Notes: generated by a model from the sequence alone, not told the origin. 42,571 nt of DNA from Octopus bimaculoides (GCF_001194135.2 NC_068984.1:140322937-140365507), one strand, 5' to 3'; counted from the stretch's first letter, positions 1-10,625 are shown. Translations and numbers: made by a program.

Positions 1-480
1 TTTTTTGCAAGTATTTAAATTAAATTTAGAACAACTACATTGATTTAATGAAAGAATCGTTAGAGCGTCGAAGGAAATGTCCCACGTTACTTAGTTACAA
101 ATCTTTACGTTCTTAGTTCAAACGGCCGCAAGTTAACTTTGCCTTTCATTTACTCCAATATTTTAATGATTCTGCCTGTCCACCTCGCTCATAAATCAGA
201 AGAAATATAATATTTCTAAATTTCATTTAAATAGGTGCAGACATGACTGAGTAGCTTAAGGAGCTAGCTGGGTAAACTCGTGCTTTCGGGTTCGGAACCA
301 CTGCGCAGCACCTTGGGAAAGTGCGTTCTCTTGAAAGTGGAGAGAATGCATGGGCGTTATGTTCCAAAACCTCCCACAGAAATAATTAGAATCTAAAAAA
401 ATATAAATACCTATCGGCCGCAGAAATCCGCGATATACTGAGGAGTTCGCAATATAAATTTACATATATTAGCCAGAAAA

Positions 481-879
481 ATCCGCGATGTACTGAGTGT
501 GCGATAGGTGAACCGCGATGTACTGAGGGCGCGATAGATGAACCGCGATGTACTGAGTGCATGATAGGTGAACCGCGATGTACTGAGGGCACGATAGGTG
601 AACCGCGATGTACTGAGAGCGCGATAGGTGAACCGCGATGTACTGAGAGTGCGATAGGTGAACCGCTGTGTATTGAGGGCGTGATAGATGAACCGCTATA
701 TCCATAGGGCGCGATAGGTGAACCGCGATATAGTGAGGGCACGATAGGTGAACCACGATGTACTGAGGGTGCGATAGGTGAACCGCGATGTACTGAGGGT
801 CAGATAGATGAACTGCGATGTACTGAGGGCGCGATAGGGGAAACGCGATGTACTGAGGGCGTGATAGGTGAACCGCGAT
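481..879. repeat. 30-bp tandem minisatellite, about 13 units, consensus GCGATAGGTGAACCGCGATGTACTGAGGGC
   Basis: Direct 30-nt periodicity is visible line by line. It explains the 10-aa repeat ORFs 386-742 and 469-756. Confidence 0.95.
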
Positions 880-898
880 ATGGCAAGGGATTACTGTA
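860..898 (-). mobile_element. Terminal inverted repeat of a pogo/Tigger-like (Tc1/mariner superfamily) DNA transposon with TA target site
   Basis: Minus strand reads TA|CAGTAATCCCTTGCCATATCGCGGTTCACCTATCAC; TA is at 897-898. A CAGT start plus TA is typical of pogo/Tigger ends. The partner TIR was not found. Confidence 0.65.
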
Positions 899-900
899 TA

Positions 901-921
901 TGGTGGTGGTGGTGGTCATCG

Positions 922-967
<46 letters not shown>
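901..967. repeat. (TGG)n-(CAT)n compound microsatellite
   Basis: Directly visible. Confidence 0.95.
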
Positions 968-1668
968 TTCGGCAGTCTAGCAAATGCATTATATGGACAT
1001 ATTTAACAATACTTTTGAGGCGTGGAATCACTAAANNNNNNNNNNGGCGTGGAATCACTAAAAAAAAAAGCATTCCAATCTAAGTTATTTTAAGGGTAAT
1101 ACCCCTAAGTGGTCCGTCGACCTAAAGAAACGGGCATTAAATCTACCTCACATCACAACAGTCTTCAATAGAGAAGAGACACATTTGAATCATTTAGTCC
1201 TAGGCTAAAGAGGCGAGAAGCGAACAGGTCATGGTGGGAACGCTTCTTCTTTGCCTTTATCAATAACAGCATCAACAACATACCGGAATGAAAATTTCAA
1301 ACATGAAGCAAAACCACGAACGGTAGATTCGATCCGCTGACACCTAGATAATAAATGATCGTGCCTTGTGTAGTTACATGTCCAGAAGTTTTGGTGGTGT
1401 CAGGTTGTGTATCTAAATGTCAGTATTTGACGAGTGGTTAATTTTATCGACCCCGGGAGGATAAAAGGTAATGTTGACCGAGGGTTCATTTGAACTAAGG
1501 ACGTAAACAGTCGTAAATAAATAGCGCAAGACTTTTCCTCCGATGCTCTAACGATTCTGCCAGTCCACTATAACAGGATGGGTAGTAATAGTAAAGCTGA
1601 AGTGACGGTCAAATAAATAGTTGGATGTGTTTAATGGCAAAAGATGACCTTCCGCAAATATAATAATA

Positions 1669-1837
1669 TGTAGGAGTGGCTGTGTGGTAAGTAGCTTGCT
1701 TATCAACCACATGGTTCTGGGTTCAGTCCCACTGCATGACACCTTGGGCAAATGTCTTCTATTATGGCCTCGGGCCGACCAAAGCTTTGTGAGTGGATTT
1801 GGTAGACGGAAACTGAAAGAAGCCCGTCGTATATATA

Positions 1838-1881
<44 letters not shown>

Positions 1882-2087
1882 TGTGTCTGTGTTTGTTCCC
1901 CCAACATCGCTTGATAACTGATGTTGGTGTGTTTACGTCCCCGTAACTTAGCGGTTCGGCAAAAGAAACCGATAGAATAAGTACTAGGCTTACCAAAAAT
2001 AAGTCCTGGGGTCGATTTGCTCGACTAAAGGCGGTGCTCCAGCATGGCCGCAGTCAGATGACTGAAACAAGTAAAAGAGTAAAAGAG
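1669..2087 (+). mobile_element. tRNA-derived SINE, family A (octopus-type), full length
   Basis: Head GGAGTGGCTGTGTGG...GGTTCAGTCCC (A/B-box-like), GCACCTTGGGCAA core, internal (GT)n, 3' (GTAAAAGA)n tail. More than 15 related copies in the window. Family name not assignable without Repbase/Dfam. Confidence 0.9.
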
Positions 2088-2115
2088 TATAGGAAAAAAC
2101 AAAAAAAAATTGAAA

Positions 2116-2208
2116 TCTCGCGAGACGGATTCGAACCATCGACCTAAGGATAACAGACGTGAACAATCGCACTACAGTCCTCCGCTCTACCAACTGAGCT
2201 ATCGCGAG
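2116..2208 (-). tRNA. tRNA-Tyr(GTA): tRNA-Tyr(GTA) gene 1; intron 2152-2171 (TGCGATTGTTCACGTCTGTT)
   Basis: Cloverleaf: acceptor CTCGCGA/TCGCGAG, D-stem GCTC/GAGC, anticodon stem GAGGA/TCCTT, GTA anticodon, intron after position 37, T-stem GATGG/CCGTC, discriminator A73, downstream T-run. Confidence 0.97.
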
Positions 2209-2683
2209 TTACAGGATCTGCGGTTGCGAAATAGATATGTCATAAGAAATGTGAAATTGAAGCTACAACTGTTTGTTAAAGAGAGAGTGGGGGGGGGGAG
2301 AATGTGAGTGGTGAAAGAGAAGGGAGAGGATGAGGAGGGTGCGTAGAGAGGGAGGACAAAGGGAATGAGAGTGGGAGAGAGCGGTAACGGGGAAGAGAAG
2401 TTGAAAGAAGGTGAGAGGGGGTAAAAACAGTGGGAGGAGTAGAAGGAGCAGAAGAAAGGGGAAAAGAAAAGATAACGCGATGAGAGGGGAGGAGGAGAAT
2501 GTAAATGAAAGCAGGACGGAAGCGGAAAGAAAAGACGAGAGAAAGTGGGAGGGTTAGAAGGAGGAGAAGGTTAAAAGACGGCTNNNNNNNNNNNNNNNNN
2601 NNNNNNNNNNNNNNNNNNNNNNNNNNNNNNNNNNNNNNNNNNNNNNNNNNNNNNNNNNNNNNNNNNNNNNNNNNNNNNNNNNN

Positions 2684-2726
2684 AACAAACTACAGTCCTC
2701 CGCTCTACCAACTGAGCTATCGCGAG
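2684..2726 (-). tRNA. tRNA-Tyr(GTA): tRNA-Tyr(GTA) gene 2, partial: 5' exon (2690-2726) and intron start; remainder in the N gap 2584-2683
   Basis: 5' exon is identical to the other copies. The upstream flank is homologous to that of gene 3. Confidence 0.85.
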
Positions 2727-3351
2727 ACACGGAAACAAAAATTCTGAAATAGTTTAGTCATAAGAAATGTGAAGTTAAAATTACGCCAGCTGTTTGGTAT
2801 TATGGAGGAGGAGGTAAGTGGAATAAGGAAAGTTTTAGAGGGGAGGGGGAATGTTAGTATGTAAGATATGTAAGGAAACGGGGACGGAATATAGCAGTGT
2901 TTAGGAAAAACCTAGAAACTTGTGTGTCTCTATCTATCTATCTATCTATCTATCTCTGTTTGTTTATCTCCCTCCTATCTCTTTCGCTCTCTCCCTCTCT
3001 CTCTTTCTCTCTCCCTCCCCCCTCTCTCTCTCTCACACACACACACACGCACACACTTAGTATGGAAGTGGGGTGTCAAATTACGAATTTTTTTTTTTCT
3101 TTGTTTGATATGAAGATTCCCAAAAATAAAAGAGTTATGAGGGATTATATGGCACGTTTAAAGAAGCATTGCGCCCTTTGGAGAAATCAATTCTAGCGAT
3201 TCCCTTCGTTACAACACCACAACTATTAAAGTTGAAGCCGTCTTTCGTAGAATTGGAACTCAAAGCATAAAGAGAAATAACGAAATACTTCTCAACGGTT
3301 TAGCTCAGCAAAAAAAATAAAAATTTTTAAAAATTAAAAAAAAATTAAGAA

Positions 3352-3444
3352 TCTCGCGAGACGGATTCGAACCATCGACCTAAGGATGTCAGAAGTTTAA
3401 TTACCAACTACAGTCCTCCGCTCTACCAACTGAGCTATCGCGAG
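3352..3444 (-). tRNA. tRNA-Tyr(GTA): tRNA-Tyr(GTA) gene 3; intron 3388-3407 (TTGGTAATTAAACTTCTGAC)
   Basis: Full cloverleaf, T-stem GATGG variant, downstream T-run. Confidence 0.97.
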
Positions 3445-3863
3445 ACACGGAATCAGTGGTTCTCAAATAGTTTAGTCATAAGAAATGTGAAGTTAAAACT
3501 ACGCCAACTGTTTGGTATTATGTGAGCGAGGGAAATAGTGAGGAGGAGTAGGAGGAGGAGGAGGAGGAGGAGGAGGAGAGTGGAATAATGGAAGATTTAG
3601 AGGGGAGGAGGGAATATGTTAGTTTGGAAGACATTTAAGGAAACGGAGACGAAGTATAGCAATGTTTAGGAAAAACTCGGAAACCTTTCTATTTTATCCT
3701 TCAATCTGTTTGTCCATCTGTCAGTCTATCTCTGTCTATTTATCGTCCTGCCCCTCTCTCTTTCTCTCTTTCTTTCTGTCCGTCTCTCTCTCGTTTTATC
3801 TAGCTATCTATATGCAGGTATGTATTTATCAGTCTGTTTAAGTATACAGGCAACTCTTTTGAC

Positions 3864-4031
3864 CAGGGCCGGCCCTAAGGTTGCCGGTGCCACGGGCAAG
3901 CTGAACTTCGGCGCCCTTACAAGTATAATTTTTGTAAACTTTCACAGAGAGGAAAACTGAAAATGCAGACTAAAAAGCCCATGGCGCCCCCGAGCGGCTG
4001 TCCGAGGTGCCTGTACCTGGAGCCGGCCATT
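3864..4031 (+). mobile_element. hAT-type MITE, decayed
   Basis: Starts CAGGGCCGGCCCT and ends GCCGGCCATT. Flanks CTTTTGAC / CTTTTGCT form a 6/8 match to an 8-bp TSD. Same family as 34290-34438. Confidence 0.6.
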
Positions 4032-4454
4032 CTTTTGCTTCTGCCGATGTATACAAATATCTGGCTGTCTATCGTTCCCTGAATGAACAGGTGTCTATCT
4101 GACAGTCTATATATACAGGTAGTTATGTATATACAGGTATCCGTTCGTTGATCTGTCTTTGTACAGCAGTCTAAAGGATTGTCAATCTAGCTTATACTGG
4201 CAGGTGTCTATCTGTCAGCTTCTTTCTCCATGTATATGTCTAGCTGTCTGTCTGTCTATCTGTCGGTCTCAGTACACAAGTGCCAAGCTATTATTCTAAC
4301 CAACAGTAGCCTTAACTTCACATGTGTAGCATGTATTCAGCTGTTATTCTGTTACATCGACTGCGGAAACAAAACATGACTAGAAAAGTTATATCCACGC
4401 CATTTTTGTTCTGAACATAAAAATTTAACGAGATCCGCCTAAATAAATCATCCT

Positions 4455-4657
4455 TACTACTCTAGGCACAAGGCCTGAAATCTTGGGGGAGGGGAAGTCC
4501 AGTTGATTACATCGACCCCAGTGCTCAGTTGGTACCTAATTTATCGACCCCGAAAGGATGAAAGGCAAAGTCGACCTCGGCGGAATTTGAACTCAGAACG
4601 TAGAGACAGACGAAATACCGCCAAGCATGTTTGCTTACAATTCTGCCAGATTACCGC
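4455..4657 (-). mobile_element. SINE family B (Nin/Deu-domain-like)
   Basis: Reverse complement of GAGTTCAAATTCCGCCGAGGTCGACTTTGCCTTTCATCCTTTCGGGGTCGATAA, repeated many times in the window. Confidence 0.8.
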
Positions 4658-4865
4658 GTAAGTAAACAACCGCAAAGCATTTCGTTTGGCGCTCCAACGA
4701 TTCTACCAGTCACCACCATCTGCTGCCTTTTTCTAAAACCTTTAAACTTATTTACAATTTAACAAAAACACTGTTACAAAGACGCACAGACACACACGTG
4801 GTCAGAATAAACATAAAGGCAGAGACACAAACATGGGTGTCAGAACTCCCACTATCACTCACTCA

Positions 4866-4897
<32 letters not shown>

Positions 4898-5012
4898 TAC
4901 GCGCTCGCACGCACACAGAGTCATAGTGAGGCCGACTCCTTCTCTCCATATCACTCTTCCTTCTCCTCTCCGTGTTTCTCTTCTCACGCAAGAAATCAGC
5001 TGCTGTTAACAG

Positions 5013-5032
5013 TTCTTATGACTAAAGTATTT
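5013..5032 (+). promoter_or_regulatory. Conserved upstream element TTCTTATGAC (ending at -31) plus TATTT (-25 to -21) of tRNA-Tyr gene 4
   Basis: The TTATGAC motif ends exactly 31 nt upstream of the mature 5' end in genes 1, 2, 3, 4 and 5. Function is inferred. Confidence 0.55.
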
Positions 5033-5052
5033 TACACAGCTAGTTTCCGTGT

Positions 5053-5145
5053 CTCGCGATAGCTCAGTTGGTAGAGCGGAGGACTGTAGTGTATCAATTC
5101 ATGTCTGTTATCCTTAGGTCGGTGGTTCGAATCCGTCTCGCGAGA
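5053..5145 (+). tRNA. tRNA-Tyr(GTA): tRNA-Tyr(GTA) gene 4; intron 5090-5109 (TGTATCAATTCATGTCTGTT)
   Basis: Full cloverleaf, T-stem GGTGG variant, T10 run at 5152-5161. Confidence 0.97.
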
Positions 5146-5484
5146 TTCAGGTTTTTTTTTTAATTTTTTTTATATTAATGTATGGGATGGTTTTACCCCC
5201 AACATTCTACATGTTACTATTTATAGCTTTCGCACTTAACCGGCATAACTGCCAACCCTCCAGGTTCTGAGTTCAAATTCCGCCAAGGTTAACTTTGCCT
5301 TTCATCCTTTCGGGGTTGATAAAATAAGTACGAGTTGAGCACTACCGTCGATGTAATCGACTTACTCCTCCATCCCTTGAAATCGCTGGCCGTGTCCCAA
5401 AATTTGAAAGCCTTATTTATAGCTTTATCTACTTCGAGTTCCACCGTTTAAACGATTTAGTTCATATCTCTCAAAACATTTATG

Positions 5485-5534
<50 letters not shown>

Positions 5535-5731
5535 CGTCCCACCACCGATTTACAACCACAGTTGGTTTGTTTACATCCCCGTGACTTGGTGATTCGGCAA
5601 AAATCCGATAAAACAGTACCACACTTAAAAAACAGTAGAGTGGGTTGTTCCAGCATGGTCGCAGTCCAACGACCAAAACGCGTAAAAGATAAAAGAAATA
5701 TATCTTTATTAAAAAACAAAAAAGACACGAA

Positions 5732-5801
5732 TCTCGTGAGAGAGATTCGAACCACCAACCAACGGATGACAGACATGAATTATCATACTGAAGTTCTCCG
5801 C
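5732..5801 (-). pseudogene. Decayed tRNA-Tyr pseudogene; D-arm and 5' acceptor strand lost; anticodon position reads TCA
   Basis: Aligns to the 3' exon, a 20-nt intron (TATGATAATTCATGTCTGTC, similar to gene 4) and the anticodon arm. Stems are mismatched and there is no A-box. Confidence 0.85.
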
Positions 5802-5900
5802 ACGTCTAAAATAATCTTATTGGTGATAAATAATTAAACATTAACCGAATTTTCTCCCATATCGTCGATCGAGTCAAACAAAAACAAAAAAAAAAAGGAA

Positions 5901-5993
5901 TCTCGCGAGACGGATTCGAACCACCGACCTAAGGATAACAGCCATGATTAACCACACTACAGTCCTCCGCTCTACCAACTGAGCTATCGCGAG
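5901..5993 (-). tRNA. tRNA-Tyr(GTA): tRNA-Tyr(GTA) gene 5; intron 5937-5956 (TGTGGTTAATCATGGCTGTT)
   Basis: Full cloverleaf, GGTGG variant, downstream T-run. Confidence 0.97.
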
Positions 5994-6325
5994 ACACACA
6001 ACCTAAGCCACCTAAATAGTGTAGTCATAAAGAAACGTGAAGATAACGCTTCAGCTGATTGATAGTTGTGAGAGAGGAGGAGGAGGAAGAGGTAAGATTA
6101 TTTATAACGCTGTGTGTGAATATATAGAGGAAGGATAGGGAGGGTAGGCTTATTCAGCTCCGGTTTTACAGGCGCGCGTATGAGTGCATATCTAACTATG
6201 CGCATGCGTATGTGTGTGTGTGTGTGCGTTTGTATCTAAATGAGCAGTTATGTGCTAGTGTGTATCTGTCTATGAGTATATGTATGTGTGTACGTAATTA
6301 TTTGTATATCTGCATCCATGTGTGT

Positions 6326-6357
<32 letters not shown>

Positions 6358-6614
6358 TTATTTGCGCCAGGGCGACGATAATACAAAGTTGCTGTCACAT
6401 ATCCTATGTGCCTTTGTATGTATTGATGTGTGTGTTTCTTTATGTGCGCATATGTGTGTTTATGTACGCATATGAGTGCGCGCGTGTGCGTATATGCGTG
6501 TGTTCGTCAGTGATCGTAAGTGTTCGTCAGTGTTCGTCGGTGTTTACGTTGTCGGGGAAACAGACTTCACTCGGTCATTATCTGATGTATCCGCCCTTCA
6601 TGGTCGCCTTTTGT

Positions 6615-6830
6615 CTTTTTACTTACTCGTTTCAGTCGTTTGACTGCGGCCATGCTGGAGCACTGCCTTTAGTCGAGTAAATCGACCCCAGGACTTATTC
6701 TTTGTAAGCCTAGTAATTATTCTATCGGCTCTTTTTGCCGAACCGCTAAGTTACGGGGACGTAAACACACCAGCATCGGTTGTCAAGCGAAGTTGGGGGG
6801 ACAAACACAGACACACATACAGACAGACAC

Positions 6831-6879
<49 letters not shown>

Positions 6880-7046
6880 TATACGACAGGCTTCTTTCAG
6901 TTTCCGTCTACCAAATCCACTCACAAGGCTTTGCTCGGCCCGAGGCTATAGTAGAAGACACTTGCCCAGGGTGCCACGCAGTGGAACTGAACCCAGAACC
7001 ATGTGGTTGGTAAGCAAGCTACTTACCACACAGCCACTCCTGCGCC
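6615..7046 (-). mobile_element. SINE family A, full length
   Basis: Reverse complement of the 1669-2087 element, ending in CCACTCCTGCGCC. Confidence 0.9.
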
Positions 7047-8099
7047 TTTCGAGATTGATAAATTAAGTACCAGTTGAACACTAGTATCGATGTAATTGAC
7101 TCATCTCCTGCCCCTAATTTTCAAATTTAGTGCCTATAGTAGAAAGGGATTATTTGATGTATCATAATGGATGTATGGCGTGGCTGTGTTGAAAGAAGCT
7201 TGATTCCCAATCACATGGCTCCGGGTTCAGTCCCACTGTGTGGTACCTTGGGCAAGCACCGTCTGGAATGCCATATGCTGTGACACCGTCTCCAGCAGCA
7301 ATTTGGTGCAGTCGGCTGCCAGCCTTGGCTCCGCTGTTCGTCAGACTGAGAAAAGCAAGCTGTCTAAATATCGGTCGCTCTCCGACAAGTTTATGGTCGA
7401 GGCTGTGGCCGTGAAGACCTCTGGTATTCTTGGCCCCAGGGCAGTCGCTAAGCGGTCGTTGGGAGCCTCTGCGGTTTAGGGGCCCCATGTTAAGATCAGA
7501 GTACATAGATGAGTCATCTATTCACTTTGGTTAAGATGTTGAACAAGAATTAAACTGTCAATGTTAGCTGAAAATTTCAAGAAATAAAATGGTTATACAT
7601 TGTACCTGCAAAAGTTTCTGTAAAAATATTACGTTGAACCACAAAAGTCCCCCACCCAGGGTCGTCAGCGCGCATTTTTTTTTTTTTTTTTATTCGTTTT
7701 CCACACACTTGTTAACACCCGCCAAGCTGGTTAATTTCTCTTTTTTGTTCTCGGGTGAGGATCTCTATATTGACCGAACTCATAAGGCTGCTTATCCGGT
7801 TACTCGGTTTCCGCGGCGTATACGTAACCAACATCACAATATCCCTGAAAAGGTCACCGGTCTGTTACAAAGTTCAACGCCAACGATTCCGAGGACAGGG
7901 GCAAGTCGATGACACCGACCTTAGTACTTGAATGGTACTTTATTTTATCGACTTTGAAAGAATAAAAAACCGAAACTGACCGGACGGGATCTGAACTCAA
8001 AACGTACAACTCTAGAAGTAATGCCGCTAAACAATTCCGTCCGATGTGCTAACGATTCCGCCAATTTGTCGTCTTACTTAGAGCGCCTTATGTGACGAA

Positions 8100-8372
8100 C
8101 TTACGATACCAGTGCCAAAGTTGTCACTTAACCTACGTGTGTTTATTTACATCACATCGGCCTTTTCCATAAAAGGGTTTTAGGGTTAGGGTTTGGGTTA
8201 CTGCTTATTTAGATCACATCGGCCTTTTCCGTAACCGTAACATCGGCGTTTTCACTAACCGTAACCGTAACCCTAATCCTAACCCTAAAACCCTTTTACG
8301 GAAAAGGCCGATGTGATGTAAATAAAAAAACACACGTGGTTTAAGTGGCAGCTTTGGCACTGGTATCGTAAG
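8100..8372. mobile_element. Fold-back/MITE-like element with ~100-bp terminal inverted repeats containing TTAGGG-like units
   Basis: Arm 8100-8201 is the reverse complement of arm 8267-8372 with few mismatches. No clear TSD. Confidence 0.8.
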
Positions 8373-8870
8373 ATCCCTTGAAGGGATGCCGGTCCGTTGC
8401 AGAGCACAAGGCCAGCGATTCTTCAGAGGTGGAGGCAAGTCAATTACATCGATCCCATTGATTCCGCCAACTCGCTGTTTCCCCTTACGTTTAAACATGC
8501 CTGGTTTTAGAAGGGACATAACTCCTGTTTAATCCTAAAATATTGACCGGCGTTCAGATGATTAATGGTTTATTAGCAACGACGTAAAAAACTTTGAGGA
8601 TACGGCTTTCTAAAAACACATTGTTTTGATGAAAGTACTGAATAAAAAGCGGTTCGAATACTGATTATCGAATTGTGATTGACTGATCAAACGTAAATCC
8701 CTTTGTTTTCAGTGGAAGATAAATATTGTGAAGTGTAATTTATGCTAAATGCAAATGCATTCACGCTGTTTATTTCTCACACGGAACTTGTTTATTAAGT
8801 GTTACAACAAAACAGATTTATGACTGACGGGTAACAACACTACGTTAAATGTTAATGCCACCTGCAGGTT

Positions 8871-8963
8871 CTCGCGATAGCTCAGTTGGTAGAGCGGAGG
8901 ACTGTAGTGGTGATATACTTAGCTGTTATCCTTAGGTCGATGGTTCGAATCCGTCTCGCGAGA
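8871..8963 (+). tRNA. tRNA-Tyr(GTA): tRNA-Tyr(GTA) gene 6; intron 8908-8927 (TGGTGATATACTTAGCTGTT)
   Basis: Full cloverleaf, GATGG variant, T-run at about 8970. Confidence 0.97.
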
Positions 8964-9228
8964 TTCCTCTTTTTTATTTGAAATATCTTTTACTTATTTT
9001 TTTATATCTTCTGTTTATATATCGTTTGTTTCTTTATCTATTTTTTTTTTTTACTTTCAGTCACTGGACCGCGGTTTGCCTTTTAATCGAACAGATCTAC
9101 ATTTTTTTAAAGTGTGTCTGGTACTTAATTTTGAATGTGTCGAACATAGAAAGGTCTGTGTTATAGTTTTGCCCCACGGTCGGCCCTAATCAACGGCATT
9201 CCAGCCGTGGCCAATCTATCTTTACATA

Positions 9229-9298
9229 GGCGCAGGAGTGGCTGTGTGGTAAGTAGCTTGTTTACTAATCACATGGTTCCGGGTTCAGTCCCACTGCG
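9229..9298 (+). mobile_element. SINE family A, head-only fragment
   Basis: GGCGCAGGAGTGGCTGTGTGG...GGTTCAGTCCCACTGCG, then the homology ends. Confidence 0.85.
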
Positions 9299-10074
9299 AA
9301 CTTTGGGGAGCTTGTAAGCCATTACATCTTTCCATCTGTAAGAAATTTCATTACGTATTCATCATTCATTTTATTTACCCCACGTTTTGTGTTGTCTGTC
9401 CTTGTGGTGTCCCCTCTTTTTTTAGGCTATTTGCCGGTAATAAAGATAAAAACCATACACGTTCTGCGCGTCTTAGAAAGAAAAGAATATAATAGAAAAG
9501 GAAGTCTTGGATATACGAAAAGATGAGATACAAATGAAATGTTTTTGGTTATATTGATACCTCTGCTCTTCCAGTTTTACGTTCTGCGTTCAAATCCAGC
9601 CGAAGTCAACTTTATCTTTCATCCTTCCGGGGCGATGAAATAAAGTATTATTGATGTTATCAAACCTAATTCTTTCCTGTTACAATTACTGGCTGTTTTT
9701 CAGAAACCATTACAGGTCTGTTCGACCAGGCCTAGCCTTTTTTGTAGAAGACACTTGCCCAAGGTGCCACGCGGTGGGACTGAATCCGAAACCCATGTGG
9801 TTGGGACGCAAACTTTTTACCATTCTACGTGTTTTTTTTTAAATACCTGAAAACTTATTTACAAGACATAGTTTGACTAATTTTGGCTGCTGTCAGAAAA
9901 AGAAGGTGCGGAATTATAAAATCTTAGTGTCAACTTTTCTTTGTGTAATTAGCTGATGTAATTAGCTGATGTAATTAGCGAATGTCTGGAGTATTTAAAG
10001 TTGTTGCTTCAAGGCGGATTCGATAAATGACATTTACAAGAGAGACGTTTATAGGGCAAAGAGAGCGAGAAGGG

Positions 10075-10211
<137 letters not shown>

Positions 10212-10625
10212 TGTCAAAATATTTAGCAATCTGTGTATTATACTTAATGCAGATACATCATAGCAAGTCAGATTAACTGTGGTATTCATCTTGAGGTAGT
10301 ATCCTTTATAGATGTACAGTATTAAATAACATAAAATATATCTGTAGCAGACGAGAATCGTCCACCAGTTGTGGGAGAAATACTACACACGCATTTCTGC
10401 CATTTGGGGCTTCGTCAGTAGCATGTACCCACTAGCAACCGCATGCTAAGATAAAATCCGTTGTCACTGGTTTACAAAAACAGATTGAAAAATAACTGAT
10501 GTTGCAATTAGCCAACCGGCTGAATAAAAATCCGTTCTTTATCCTATTATAAAGACAAGCTCAATTTCAAAATCGTGTTAGCAGTCTCTGCACTATTTCA
10601 ACCAAAGAAAGAAAATTCATATATA

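Noticed and set aside
386-756. ORFs with 10-aa repeats (HRGSPIAPSV / AVHLSRPQYI)
   Set aside because: They are translations of a stop-free 30-bp minisatellite at a transposon end.
1019-1062. 17-bp direct repeat GGCGTGGAATCACTAAA either side of a 10-N gap
   Set aside because: Typical contig-overlap artefact.
1669-1740. SINE heads with A/B boxes as additional tRNA genes
   Set aside because: They cannot form cloverleaves and continue into SINE bodies.
5732-5801. Functional selenocysteine or opal-suppressor tRNA
   Set aside because: No A-box, D-arm or acceptor pairing, and no long variable arm. Kept only as a pseudogene.
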